This document shows positions 1 through 10,656 of a stretch of DNA of 64,000 nucleotides, piece by piece. The stretch is from positions 361 to 64,360 of the forward strand of contig JAMOTN010000079.1 in the NCBI GenBank assembly GCA_027062325.1, written 5' to 3'. The DNA is from a bacterium (lineage in GTDB: Bacteria > JAMOTN01). A program made the position numbers and the translations under genes. Numbering within the stretch: the first letter of the stretch is position 1; the number at the start of each line of letters is the position of its first letter. The notes beneath the pieces were generated by a model. The model was not told the origin of the DNA and did no database searches. It saw only the letters and a list, made by a program, of their open reading frames with translations.

Positions 1-61
1 TTTTAACTTTCTTAAACTCAATCCTATGAACAGTTTCATTTAAGTCAGAAAAAATAAACAT
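1..61 (-). CDS. 5' end of an unidentified gene running off the left window edge (MFIFSDLNETVHRIEFKKVK...)
   Basis: ATG at 61 preceded by a GAGGT SD; frame open to position 1; follows murC. Confidence 0.4.
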   Translation of the reverse strand, partial: MFIFSDLNETVHRIEFKKVK

Positions 62-102
62 TTGAACCTCAATTAACCTCCCCTATTTCATATCATCAAC
101 AT

Positions 103-1338
103 TTAACCAGCAATTTTGTGCGCAATTTTAGTTATATCTCCAGCCCCTAGAAACGCCACGGCTTCAAATCCCCGAAGTTTATTCAAGTAATCCTTCACCT
201 CGTACTTATCAATTACCTTTCTCCCCAGCTGATTCGCCAAATCTTCTGAGGTTATGCTCCCTTTTTTCTCTCCTGCTGAGTAAACGGGCAAAACTGCCAC
301 TTCATCCGCCATTTTTAAAGCCTGGGCAAACTGATCTATAAATTTTTCTAAACGACTGTAGCGATGTGGCTGGAAAACAACTGCCACTCTTGAGTGCTTC
401 TCTTTTAAAGTCTTTATAACCGCTTCAACCTCAGTTGGATGATGGGCATAATCATCGTAAATCAACATCTCATTGAACCTACCTATGACTTCAAGCCTTC
501 GTGCAACTCCTTGAAAACTGCTTATAGCTTCCACTGCTTCAGCAATAGGAATAACTTCAGAAACAGCTATAATAGCTAATGCAGCATTTAAAAGGTTATG
601 CCTTCCCGGTACTTTCAAATTTAATTCGTAACTCTTCCCCAAATACTCCAACCTATTTCCCACAACATCCCAATCTCTCCCCTTCAAAAGCATCCCCTTC
701 ATTCCAAGATCAACTGTTGTAACAACTCGCTTTGACTTCTCCGCAAAGTTTCTTATTTCAGACAAAACTTCTTCCTTACTTGAGTAAAAGTCTGGATGAT
801 CCAATTCAACATTTGTTATCACTGCAATAGAAGGTCGATAATAAGTAAGTGTTCTATCACTCTCATCTGCTTCAATTACTGCTACTTCTTTACCACTCCA
901 ATAAAAATTACTCCCCCACTCTCGAACAACACCACCGATGGCAGAAACAAAAGGATAACTCATTCGGTACAAAATCCAACTAATCATCGCACTTGTTGTA
1001 GTCTTACCATGTGTTCCTGTCACCGCTATTTGATAATACCTATTAGCAAGTCTCGCTAGTAAAGCAGCCCTTGGTAACACCTCTAATCCCAATTGATAAG
1101 CAGCCTTTAACTCCTCATGCTCTGCACTAATAGCCGTGCTCACTCCAACCACTTCAACTCCATGAAGATGAGCAGGATCATGCCCTACAAAACATTTTAT
1201 CCCCTCCTCTGCCATAACATCGAAAGTGTAACCCCTTCTAGCATCACAGCCAGAAACCTCTTCACCTTCTTTTTTCAACCAAAGTGCAACAGCACTCAAA
1301 CCTATTCCCCCAACTCCTATGAGATGATAGCTAGCCAT
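103..1338 (-). CDS. murC: UDP-N-acetylmuramate--L-alanine ligase
   Basis: GVGGIGLS, GTHGKTTT P-loop, EADESD, DDYAHHPTE, FQPHRYSR motifs; dcw context. Confidence 0.96.
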   Translation of the reverse strand: MASYHLIGVGGIGLSAVALWLKKEGEEVSGCDARRGYTFDVMAEEGIKCFVGHDPAHLHGVEVVGVSTAISAEHEELKAAYQLGLEVLPRAALLARLANRYYQIAVTGTHGKTTTSAMISWILYRMSYPFVSAIGGVVREWGSNFYWSGKEVAVIEADESDRTLTYYRPSIAVITNVELDHPDFYSSKEEVLSEIRNFAEKSKRVVTTVDLGMKGMLLKGRDWDVVGNRLEYLGKSYELNLKVPGRHNLLNAALAIIAVSEVIPIAEAVEAISSFQGVARRLEVIGRFNEMLIYDDYAHHPTEVEAVIKTLKEKHSRVAVVFQPHRYSRLEKFIDQFAQALKMADEVAVLPVYSAGEKKGSITSEDLANQLGRKVIDKYEVKDYLNKLRGFEAVAFLGAGDITKIAHKIAG

Positions 1339-2327
1339 CGGTTCAACCCCTCTTTGGCAGGAATTACTCCAAGCTCTTTTCTTATCGCTTGCAATTTTTC
1401 CATCATTATAGCACGATTGGAAAAGATATACATTAAACTTTCGAGAACTCTACTTATTTTGCTTATCTCCTCTTCTTTTATTATAACTCCTCCCTCACCC
1501 ATCATTTCAGCATTCCTGAATTGGTGGCCCATCCTCGACGTAGCAAGTGGTACTAAAATTGCAGGCTGAGCTGAGTCTATTAACTGAAACACAGTACCAG
1601 CCCCAGCTCTAGATATAACACAATCAAATTTTCCAAAGTAATGACTAACTCCCTCTATATAATCAGCTATCTGCAGCTCTTCATCTTCAAATTCAACAAA
1701 CTTATCGAAGTGTTTCCCCGCTATGAGAAAAATTTTAAACTTGACAAGCGGTGCAAACTTTTTAAGATCCACAGCCAACCTACAAAGAACCTCAGCTCCC
1801 TGACTTCCCCCAACTATCAAAACTTTCTTATCATCCTCTCGAAGAAATTTTTCAATCTTCAAATAAGGCTTAAAGCGCCTCTTGAAGTAGTAACTTGAAA
1901 AGTCAGAAGCAATATCTGCACCAAGATAATTTCCAAATGGCGATATGAGTCTTCCTCCCAACCACATCCCTAACTTATTAGCTAGTCCCAAAGATGGATC
2001 AGCATTGTAAACCCACAAACTCCCCGATTTAGCTGCAAATATGGCTGGAATAGAAAGATAAGCTCCTGCTATTAAAGTTACATCCACATCCAATCTTTTT
2101 AGCTTCGCAACCTCCCGAGTGAGCGAAAACCAGAACCTCCTGTCAAATCGCGAAAAGGAAGCTGGCACAAAAAAGCATCCCAACTCATACGCCAGCTTTT
2201 CCTCTATTTTACCGGGTATCCCATACCAAAATACTTCAAAATCGGTATTATCTCCTAAAAAAGAGGCAGCTCCAGCTAAGGGATAGGCATGTCCACCCGT
2301 TATTCCGCCCGCCAGCAATACTCTCAT
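1317..2327 (-). CDS. murG: Undecaprenyl-PP-MurNAc-pentapeptide GlcNAc transferase (divergent)
   Basis: GGITGGHAYP, GGSQGA, SRAGAGT, HQFRNA motifs; lies between ftsW and murC. Confidence 0.92.
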   Translation of the reverse strand: MRVLLAGGITGGHAYPLAGAASFLGDNTDFEVFWYGIPGKIEEKLAYELGCFFVPASFSRFDRRFWFSLTREVAKLKRLDVDVTLIAGAYLSIPAIFAAKSGSLWVYNADPSLGLANKLGMWLGGRLISPFGNYLGADIASDFSSYYFKRRFKPYLKIEKFLREDDKKVLIVGGSQGAEVLCRLAVDLKKFAPLVKFKIFLIAGKHFDKFVEFEDEELQIADYIEGVSHYFGKFDCVISRAGAGTVFQLIDSAQPAILVPLATSRMGHQFRNAEMMGEGGVIIKEEEISKISRVLESLMYIFSNRAIMMEKLQAIRKELGVIPAKEGLNRWLAIIS

Positions 2328-3460
2328 AACCTTATTCTTCTCCTTTTTCTGGAAGAAACCTCAGCAAAACGCGATATGGCAAGTATAAAACCTATCTCGA
2401 TGAAAAACATCAAGGTAGCACTACCACCATAACTCAAAAATGGCAGTGGTAAACCCGTAAGAGGTAACACTCCAACGTTTACCGCAATGTTAAAAAATAT
2501 GTGAACTGCAATTATAAATATCATACCCAGCCCTGCCACATATTCAAATACCGCTCCTTTTTTCTTTTCTAAACTCGCCATCAATAACCTGTAAAGAGAT
2601 AAAATCAAAAGAAAGTAGAAAACAAATAAAATAACAACGCCAACGTATCCAAGCTCACAAGCCAATACAGCAAAAATCGAATCGGAGTGCTGCTCCGGCA
2701 AAACCCCTACAAACTCAGCTTCTCTCCCCAACCCAACTCCTATCAACCCACCATACCCTATAGCAGTTTTTAACTTTATCACATGATATCCAATTCCTAA
2801 CTTATCTTCCCAAGGATTCAACCAAGCCTTTATACGGTTTAAACGATAAGTAGAAGACGTGACGTATATATAGGAGAACACGAGCAATACTAAAAACATG
2901 GATAGGATATTCTTAAAAGGCACTTTAACTATCCACATCAAAGCAAAGAAAACCGTAACCAAAACCATACCTGTTCCAAAATCAGGCTGAAGCATTATGA
3001 AGAAGGCATTTAAACCAACCACAAGAAGTAGAGATAACATTTCACGAATCTTTTTGGGAACACCGTATTTAGCAAACCAGTAAGCTGTATATATAACAAC
3101 CGCAAACTTAGCAAATTCAGAAGGTTGGAAAACATAACTACCAAGCTTTAGCCATCTCCTAGCTCCTTTTATAGTGAGAGAAAACTTTGGAGATATAAAC
3201 AAAATAAACAAGAGAAATATTGAGAAAAACACTAACCTTGGAGCAGTCCTTTGCCAAAACTGAGGATTTATACGTGATACCACAAGCATAGCGGCAGTTC
3301 CTATCAATATCCATATTAGCTGCCGCCTCAAAAAAAACGATGAATCACCAAATTTTTTAATACCAGCTGAGTAGCTGGCACTGTATAACACTACTAACCC
3401 ATAAGCAATAATCGAAGCAAGTATAACATATATAACGTATCTCAAGTACCTTGTTCGCAT
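2324..3460 (-). CDS. ftsW: SEDS family peptidoglycan glycosyltransferase FtsW
   Basis: GARRW, QPSEFAK, QPDFG, LPEQHSD, LPFLSYGGS; multiple TM helices. Confidence 0.95.
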   Translation of the reverse strand: MRTRYLRYVIYVILASIIAYGLVVLYSASYSAGIKKFGDSSFFLRRQLIWILIGTAAMLVVSRINPQFWQRTAPRLVFFSIFLLFILFISPKFSLTIKGARRWLKLGSYVFQPSEFAKFAVVIYTAYWFAKYGVPKKIREMLSLLLVVGLNAFFIMLQPDFGTGMVLVTVFFALMWIVKVPFKNILSMFLVLLVFSYIYVTSSTYRLNRIKAWLNPWEDKLGIGYHVIKLKTAIGYGGLIGVGLGREAEFVGVLPEQHSDSIFAVLACELGYVGVVILFVFYFLLILSLYRLLMASLEKKKGAVFEYVAGLGMIFIIAVHIFFNIAVNVGVLPLTGLPLPFLSYGGSATLMFFIEIGFILAISRFAEVSSRKRRRIRL

Positions 3461-4779
3461 ACTTCTATCTTAACAAACCTTTTAAAAAATTCACCTCTCT
3501 CCTCATAAGATTTAAATCTATCGTAGCTGGAGGTTGCTGGCGAAAACAACACAACATCCCCCGGCTCAGCAAGCTCATTTGCCTTTCTTATGGCATCCTC
3601 AAGTTTCACAAATCTATAATCAGCTTCTACATCAACCTTTGCTAAATCTCCAGTAACTATGCTTACCTTTGCTGGCAACTTTTCAACAGGTGTCCAATCC
3701 AATTTCTTATCGTATCCTCCCCATATCAGTATTACATTCTTTTTGGGATAATATGAGTAAAAAGCTGCAACTGTAGAATCAGTCGAAGTAGATTTTGAAT
3801 CATTTACCCAAACAATACCATTACATTCCACCACAAACTCAAGCCTATGAGGTAAAAATTCATAACTACGTAGCTGCTTACAAAACTCATTCCAACTCAT
3901 ACCAAACTGATCAACCACAGCCCAGGCATACAACACATTGTCTAACCTAAAGCCAAAAATTTTCTCGTTATCAAACTCTCCCAATAAATTACCTCTCCTG
4001 TAAAACTTACGTTCTTGTCGAATATAATCTCTTCCCACTACCACAAGTTTATTCTCATCTACATCAAAAAACTTCAACAACTTTTCTAAATCTTTTTCTC
4101 CTATGACAATAACATCAGAATGTAATACTAGCTCGGACTTTATCCTCCAATAAGTATCCAAGTTCCCATATCTGTCTAGGTGGTCCTCCCACAAATTCAA
4201 TATACATCCAACCTTAACTTTAAAATTGGTATTGTACTCAAGCTGAAAACTACTAACCTCTAAAACCAAATCTTCGAGGTTTCTGTCAACTTCAGAACAA
4301 ACTCTAGCAGGGGGTATTCCAACATTTCCAACAGCTACCTTACCTAAAATATGTGCAATCATAGTGGTAACAGTCGTTTTTCCCTTGCTTCCAGTAACAG
4401 CAGCCGCATAATAACCTTTTTTAAATCCCCATACTAAATCTATATCTCCTAAAACCTTGACCCCATCCATTACAGTTTTCAAACTTTTTTTCTTAAATAA
4501 CTCAAGCACTTTAATTGGCGGTACCCCCGGGGATACAACCAACCACTCCACATGCTTCAAGTTAGCAAGAATTTCTTCTAGACCTTTTTTTCCCCAATCC
4601 GAATCATCAAACATAAAACTCCTTATTCCTTTCTTATCCAAAAACTCCTTTACTGCTCTCGCAGTCTTTCCCTTTCCATAAATTCCAAACACATCTGCAC
4701 ACTTCAACTCTTCAGCAGTCAAATTTCCTATTCTCTCTCTCACTCTTTGCAGTACTTCAAAATATTCTCCAACTTGCAC
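3442..4779 (-). CDS. murD: UDP-MurNAc-L-Ala--D-glutamate ligase
   Basis: SPGVP, GSKGKTT, EVSSFQL, DHLDRY, NDSKST, SPATSSYD; start moved to GTG 4779 (AGGGA upstream) to avoid overlap with mraY. Confidence 0.93.
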   Translation of the reverse strand: MQVGEYFEVLQRVRERIGNLTAEELKCADVFGIYGKGKTARAVKEFLDKKGIRSFMFDDSDWGKKGLEEILANLKHVEWLVVSPGVPPIKVLELFKKKSLKTVMDGVKVLGDIDLVWGFKKGYYAAAVTGSKGKTTVTTMIAHILGKVAVGNVGIPPARVCSEVDRNLEDLVLEVSSFQLEYNTNFKVKVGCILNLWEDHLDRYGNLDTYWRIKSELVLHSDVIVIGEKDLEKLLKFFDVDENKLVVVGRDYIRQERKFYRRGNLLGEFDNEKIFGFRLDNVLYAWAVVDQFGMSWNEFCKQLRSYEFLPHRLEFVVECNGIVWVNDSKSTSTDSTVAAFYSYYPKKNVILIWGGYDKKLDWTPVEKLPAKVSIVTGDLAKVDVEADYRFVKLEDAIRKANELAEPGDVVLFSPATSSYDRFKSYEERGEFFKRFVKIEVCEQGT

Positions 4780-4820
4780 TAAGCATCCCTGCCTTTTACT
4801 TCCATAAAAATCTTGCCCAA

Positions 4821-5876
4821 TTAACGATTGAATATAACTCCTATTCCAAGTACCGCCAATCCAAGAAGCGAAGCAATTATTGCAACAATCCAGAATCTCA
4901 ACACTATTTTTGTTTCTGCCCACCCAAGCAACTCAAAGTGATGGTGAATCGGACTCATTCTAAAAACTTTTCTACCAAAAAAGCGATATGAAGTAACCTG
5001 AATTATCACGCTCAAAGCTTCCACAACAAATATTATTCCCACAATCGGTAAAAGCAACTCCTGTTTCACCACAAGAGCAAGAGCCCCCAAAGCCGCCCCT
5101 ACCGACAATGAACCAACATCTCCCATAAATATCTCTGCTGGCGGACAATTGTACCACAAAAAACCCAAACACGCCCCCACAACTGAAGCTGCAAGGGGGG
5201 CAAGTTCTCCTGCATAACTTATAAATGGAATACCAATGTGTGAGGAAAAAATTTTATTTCCTGCTACATATATCACTGGAACATAGGCTAATATAGCAAT
5301 TAAAATGGTTCCAGCCGCCAAGCCATCTAATCCATCCGTTAAATTCACAGCATTGGAAGTTGCAGTTACCACAAAAGCTGCAAATATAGGATAAAGTTTT
5401 CCCAACTCAACAGCAGTATTAATCCCTGGAATAAACACGTAAGACTTGCCATCCACAAACAACCAAATTCCAAGAAGTAACCCCACTACAAATTGAGCTC
5501 CTAATTTAGTATAAGCACTAACTCCATCACTTTTCCCAGTAGCAACCTTTTTTAAATCATCTAAAAATCCAACTATGGCCATAGCAAGCATAACAAACAA
5601 TACCCAAACAACCGCTACATTCAAACCGCACCAAGCAAGTGCTGAAAATAAAATAGCTACAACCATAACAACGCCACCCATAGTAGGCTTTCCGCGTTTT
5701 GCATCGTGTGTCTGGGGAGTATGTTCTCTTTTAGGCTGCCCAACTTTCTCTTTCAAAAACCCCCTTATCATTGCCGGCAAAAGTACCACCACTATCAAAA
5801 ACGTTGTTATAAGGGAAAAAAGTGTTCTAAGCGAAATCGCAGACAGAGAAAAACTCTTCAACAGATAATAAATCAA
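4821..5876 (-). CDS. mraY: Phospho-N-acetylmuramoyl-pentapeptide transferase
   Basis: PTMGG, DD, NAVNLTDGLDGL, FMGDVGS, PIHHHFE. Confidence 0.97.
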   Translation of the reverse strand: MIYYLLKSFSLSAISLRTLFSLITTFLIVVVLLPAMIRGFLKEKVGQPKREHTPQTHDAKRGKPTMGGVVMVVAILFSALAWCGLNVAVVWVLFVMLAMAIVGFLDDLKKVATGKSDGVSAYTKLGAQFVVGLLLGIWLFVDGKSYVFIPGINTAVELGKLYPIFAAFVVTATSNAVNLTDGLDGLAAGTILIAILAYVPVIYVAGNKIFSSHIGIPFISYAGELAPLAASVVGACLGFLWYNCPPAEIFMGDVGSLSVGAALGALALVVKQELLLPIVGIIFVVEALSVIIQVTSYRFFGRKVFRMSPIHHHFELLGWAETKIVLRFWIVAIIASLLGLAVLGIGVIFNR

Positions 5877-5908
5877 CTCTATCCCTCCATAAGTTAAACT
5901 TACCCACG

Positions 5909-7297
5909 CTAAATCCGCAGACCAAGTGCCTTTTCAAGTCTAACAGCCCTTGAAGCCTTTAAATATACTATGGGCTTTTCCAACTTTGAAATCCAGCGTT
6001 TTAACTCCCTATAAACAACATCGGAATTCTCATCGTCCAAGTAATCTATCCCCAATTTCACAACCTCAACATTTGAAAAATTACTCAACACCTCAACCAA
6101 ATCATCATAAAAGTTTCCAAGCAAAATAAAAACAAATTTAACAAAGCTTTTACAAACAAGTAGTCTTATACTATCAATCAACACCTTTTTCTCCGAAGAA
6201 GCTATCTCCTCTATTCTTCCTAAACAAGCCACAACATCCATTTGGTTATTGAAAGCAATCTTCTCCAAAGTTCTAATACCAGAAAGCAACGTTTCAATAG
6301 AGGCATTGTAACAATCTAGCACTATCTCAACCTCTTTCTCAGCAATTTCCCTTTTCAATACTTCCATTCTAGCCCTAGCAGAACTTTCAAAATTAACTAA
6401 CTTTTCAAGCTCCGAAAATGGCACTCCTAAAACATGTAAAATTCCCATCAACAAAGCTAAGCTAATTGAAAGATCAACTAATGACGAAACTTTTATATCA
6501 CCAACATCTACCTTGTATTCTTTCATACTTTTCCAATCTCTAATTAGAAAATTCTTAGCTTCATACACAGCACCACTAAGGTCAACCTTTTTTCTTTCAA
6601 TCGGCTCAACAAACAAAACTCTTCTCAAACTAGCACGTTCTAAACCTTTAAAATAACCTTCCAAATAACTGGGTGCAAGTAGTATCTCACTACGTTTGAA
6701 TAATTTTACCTTCTCTCCAAAAATTTCATCTTTAGAGCCAAAATTTCCAGAATGAGCACTTCCTATAGCAGTTAATACACCTATATTGGGCTGTAGTATC
6801 CACTCCAATTCATCCATCTCTCCTAGGGAATTTATCCCAACCTCAAACACAGCATCAACCGAACGTGAATTGATCATCTCCATAGGAAGACCGATGAAGT
6901 TGTTGAAGTTGCCCCTACTAGCCGAAAATCCCCAATCTTTCAAAATCCAATGAGCCAACTCCTTAAATGTAGTTTTTCCATAACTTCCAGTAACGCCAAT
7001 AACAACGCCCATCCTTTTGCGTAAGTAATAAGCAATTCTTTTCAACGCCTCCAAAGTATCATCAACTAAAACACCACTCCCACTAAGTCTCCTAGTAGCT
7101 ACCCAAAAAGCCGCCCCTTTATTCTTTGCCTCTTCCCAAAAATCAGCACCATCTCTTTTTCCTTTTAAAGCCCAAAAAGCCCGATTTTTAACATCGCGCC
7201 GTGAATCAATCTCTATTCCTAAAGCTGCTTTGTTTTTCCCAAATAACTTCCCTCCCAAAACTTCGGCTATCTCCTTACTTAAAACAACCCCAGCCAC
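5909..7297 (-). CDS. murF: UDP-MurNAc-tripeptide--D-Ala-D-Ala ligase (divergent)
   Basis: IDSR, GSYGKTT, GNFNNFIGLP, DCYNAS, LKASR; lies between murE and mraY. Confidence 0.9.
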   Translation of the reverse strand: MAGVVLSKEIAEVLGGKLFGKNKAALGIEIDSRRDVKNRAFWALKGKRDGADFWEEAKNKGAAFWVATRRLSGSGVLVDDTLEALKRIAYYLRKRMGVVIGVTGSYGKTTFKELAHWILKDWGFSASRGNFNNFIGLPMEMINSRSVDAVFEVGINSLGEMDELEWILQPNIGVLTAIGSAHSGNFGSKDEIFGEKVKLFKRSEILLAPSYLEGYFKGLERASLRRVLFVEPIERKKVDLSGAVYEAKNFLIRDWKSMKEYKVDVGDIKVSSLVDLSISLALLMGILHVLGVPFSELEKLVNFESSARARMEVLKREIAEKEVEIVLDCYNASIETLLSGIRTLEKIAFNNQMDVVACLGRIEEIASSEKKVLIDSIRLLVCKSFVKFVFILLGNFYDDLVEVLSNFSNVEVVKLGIDYLDDENSDVVYRELKRWISKLEKPIVYLKASRAVRLEKALGLRI

Positions 7298-8821
7298 TTA
7301 GTGTTTCATCTCCTTATATCCCAATTCCATTAAAGCCTGACGCGCAATTTCTCTATCATCAAAATCTATAACTTTATCTCCAATTATTTGATAAGTCTCA
7401 TGACCTTTTCCAGCTATAACAACAGTATCCCTATTTTTTGCCATTTTTATAGCTTTGAATATTGCTTCTCTCCTATCCGGTATAACAACGTAATTATCCG
7501 TTTTTCCCTTTATACCAACTAGTATGTCATCAATTATCCTAAGAGGATCCTCACTTCTAGGATTATCAGAGGTAACAACAACATAGTCTGCAAGTTCAGC
7601 AGCATACTTTCCCATCATCGGACGCTTTTCTCTGGCTCTGTCCCCTCCACAACCAAATACCACTATGACACGCCCTTCTGTCAGCTCACGCGCCAATTCA
7701 AGCAACTTTTTCAAGCTCTCTGAAGTATGAGCATAATCAACAACCACAGCAAAATCTTGGCCCTCATCTATTAACTCAAACCTTCCCGGTACTCTTTTTA
7801 AACTCTCTATCCCTTTAACTATTTTCTCAACCCTCTCAGGATAAGCTGACAAAACCATGGAAAAAGCCATCAAAGCGTTATACACGTTAAAAAGCCCTGG
7901 CAAAGCTATACTCACCTCAAAATCTTTCAATTGCACTCCCAACATACTAGAAACTCTATCTGAAAAAATCAATTTAAATCTACTTCCCCCAAGTCCAGTT
8001 TCAATAATCTCAAATTCAATATCCTTTATTCTCTTACCATCTCTTCTACCAACCCCAATCACAGGAAGTGCACTTTCACGCCGCAATCTCATTCCCCAAT
8101 TATCATCAAGATTAATAACTCCAACAGTTTTCTCCTTGAAAAGTCGCCAATCTGTAAACAAAAGTCTCTTAGCCTGATAGTAATCTTCCATACTAACGTG
8201 AAATTCCTGATGCTCCGGAGATAAATTTGTGAACCCAACTGCATCAAAACGTGTTCCCACAACTCGCTCAAGTTTCAAAGAATGACTGGACACCTCCATT
8301 GCCACTGCATTAGCACCTTCATCAACAAACCATTTAAAAAGTCTCTGCAGTCTAACTCCATCAGGCGTAGTATTAGAGGAACTCTTTTTAATGTTTCCCA
8401 ATCTATACTCCACTGTTCCTATAACTCCGGGCTTCAATCCCAACTCTTTCAAAGCTGCCTCCATAAAATAGGTTGTAGTAGTCTTACCACAAGTTCCAGT
8501 AATCCCAAAAACTCCTAATTTATCAGAGGGATAATTGTAGATTCTACTAGCCAATACTCCTTGTATGCGATAAGTGTTATTCACAACAAACTGAGGAGCA
8601 TCAACCTCAACTTTTCTCTCAACTATAAAAGCAACTGCTCCTTTCTTTCGCGCTTCCCAAACATAATCATGGCCATCATGTCTGTGCCCTTTAACCGCCA
8701 CAAAACAACTCCCCTCTGTAACCTCACGCGAATCGTTTGCTATATCACAAACTTCACAATCTTCTCCAACAAATTCACCATCTAACCCTCTGATCAACTC
8801 AGAAAACTTCACTTTACCCAC
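7298..8821 (-). CDS. murE: UDP-MurNAc-dipeptide--meso-DAP ligase
   Basis: GTCGKTT, TTPD, MEVSSH, DYAHT, DNPR (DAP-type specificity motif), AGKGHE. Confidence 0.96.
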   Translation of the reverse strand: MGKVKFSELIRGLDGEFVGEDCEVCDIANDSREVTEGSCFVAVKGHRHDGHDYVWEARKKGAVAFIVERKVEVDAPQFVVNNTYRIQGVLASRIYNYPSDKLGVFGITGTCGKTTTTYFMEAALKELGLKPGVIGTVEYRLGNIKKSSSNTTPDGVRLQRLFKWFVDEGANAVAMEVSSHSLKLERVVGTRFDAVGFTNLSPEHQEFHVSMEDYYQAKRLLFTDWRLFKEKTVGVINLDDNWGMRLRRESALPVIGVGRRDGKRIKDIEFEIIETGLGGSRFKLIFSDRVSSMLGVQLKDFEVSIALPGLFNVYNALMAFSMVLSAYPERVEKIVKGIESLKRVPGRFELIDEGQDFAVVVDYAHTSESLKKLLELARELTEGRVIVVFGCGGDRAREKRPMMGKYAAELADYVVVTSDNPRSEDPLRIIDDILVGIKGKTDNYVVIPDRREAIFKAIKMAKNRDTVVIAGKGHETYQIIGDKVIDFDDREIARQALMELGYKEMKH

Positions 8822-10629
8822 ACCTCCAGCGTTGCACCAAATTCACTACCAGCTTGAGGCTTCTGCTTTACAACCCTTACTCCTGAACCGTGAACTATCA
8901 ATTTTGTATCTCTTCCTGTTAGGCGCTTTACAACGTCAAAAATTGTCTTTCCCTTAAAATCTGGAATCTTATAAAACACCTCTTCCTCCTCTTTTTTAGG
9001 AACATTAACACTTAAAACACGGTACTCCTTATCCTCATAAAGTCTCCTTACAATATTAGCAAACATTGCAGCCGCCACCTTACCACCAGAGATTCCCTTT
9101 CCCCTCGGTTCATCCACAACTACATAAAAACCAAGCCCCATCTCTTTAACGTACCCAAAAAAACTTACAACATACTTTCCCTTTTCATAACCTTTTGGCC
9201 CAGCTTTTTGGGCAGTTCCTGTTTTCCCATATATGGTCAATCCCTTTATTCTAGCTCTTTTCCCTGTTCCCCTCTCCACCACTCTCTCCATCGCATCATG
9301 CACAATCCCCATATCTGGAGTGAAAACTCGTTCGTATTTCTTATTTTCCTCCTTAATAACCTTTCCATCTCTTGCCACTATCATCTTTGTAATATTTGGT
9401 GAAGCTATCTCACCATTAGAAAATAAGCTCATCAAAGCTCTAATCATCTGAATAGCAGTCACCGCAAATTCTTGCCCAATTGCAACAGAAGCAACCGAGA
9501 CAACATTCCACTTTTTAATATCGCGAAGTATTCCGTCTTCCTCTCCCACAAAATCCAAGCTAGTTTTTTCCCCAAATCCAAGTCTTCTAAACAATGAGTA
9601 AAGTTCTTGTTTCCCCAATTTCAAGGCAATTTTTATAGCACCTACATTACATGAATAAGTTATGACATCCTCCGCATCTATCCAGTTGTGCGTACTATAA
9701 CACGAAATTTTGTATTTCCCCGGGACAACATATATATAACCAGGACAGTAAAACCTATCGCTTTTTCTAACAACTCCCTTTTCTAACGCCCATTTGAATA
9801 TCAAAGGCTTAACAACAGATCCCGGTTCAAATACGTTGAAAAAACACCCGGCACGCATCTTTTTAGGTAGAAAACACTCTTTTTCATTCTCAGGCATCGG
9901 CCATGAAGCAGCAGCAACAACCTCAAAACTTGGATTCAATACAACAACATAAGCAGCCTTTTGACGCCACTTTTCATAAGCCCTCTTCAAAACTTCTTCA
10001 GCAACTTGCTGAACCTTTATGTCTAAAGTTGTGTAAACATCACATGCTAGTCCTGTTTCTCTCCCTTTGAAATTGACTACTCCTTCTAGATATTTGTTCC
10101 ATTTTTTCTCAAGCCCGAACAAACCACGGTTATCAAGAAATCCGATGTTGTCAACTCCGACGCTTCCTATGATTTGTCTTCCAACTGTTCCAAAGGGATA
10201 TATTCTTTTGTATTCTTTTTTGAAAAAGATCCCCTTCAATTTCAAAGCTTTCAGCTTATCCTTTTCTTCCTTAGTAATAGCTCTCTTTATCCATACAAAG
10301 CGCCTATTTTTATCAGTCAACTTTTTCAATAACTTCTTCTCATCTAACTTAAACATTTGAGATAGCCTCAATGCTACATACTCAGGTTTCTTAACTAAAA
10401 CCGGATCTGCAAAAACAGAAAACCTTTCAGCGCTATAAGCTAAAATTAAACCATTCCTATCAAATATTTTTCCACGGGGAATGCTGTAGCTACTCCCCCT
10501 TATTCGCTCCTCTTTAGCCCTCTCAACCCAAAATTTATGCTCGAATATCTGCACCTTTCCTGTGTAAATCAAAACCCCAATCATTGCAGCAAACCATACA
10601 AAAAGGAGTAATTTCCCCCTTAACTCCAT
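8809..10629 (-). CDS. ftsI: Class B penicillin-binding protein (FtsI/PBP3) with C-terminal PASTA-like domain
   Basis: RGKIFDRNG, SxxK (GSVVKP), SxN (YSCN), KTG (GKTGTAQK); N-terminal TM. Confidence 0.92.
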   Translation of the reverse strand: MELRGKLLLFVWFAAMIGVLIYTGKVQIFEHKFWVERAKEERIRGSSYSIPRGKIFDRNGLILAYSAERFSVFADPVLVKKPEYVALRLSQMFKLDEKKLLKKLTDKNRRFVWIKRAITKEEKDKLKALKLKGIFFKKEYKRIYPFGTVGRQIIGSVGVDNIGFLDNRGLFGLEKKWNKYLEGVVNFKGRETGLACDVYTTLDIKVQQVAEEVLKRAYEKWRQKAAYVVVLNPSFEVVAAASWPMPENEKECFLPKKMRAGCFFNVFEPGSVVKPLIFKWALEKGVVRKSDRFYCPGYIYVVPGKYKISCYSTHNWIDAEDVITYSCNVGAIKIALKLGKQELYSLFRRLGFGEKTSLDFVGEEDGILRDIKKWNVVSVASVAIGQEFAVTAIQMIRALMSLFSNGEIASPNITKMIVARDGKVIKEENKKYERVFTPDMGIVHDAMERVVERGTGKRARIKGLTIYGKTGTAQKAGPKGYEKGKYVVSFFGYVKEMGLGFYVVVDEPRGKGISGGKVAAAMFANIVRRLYEDKEYRVLSVNVPKKEEEEVFYKIPDFKGKTIFDVVKRLTGRDTKLIVHGSGVRVVKQKPQAGSEFGATLEVWVK

Positions 10630-10656
10630 AAAAACTTACCATCCCCTTGAAACAGC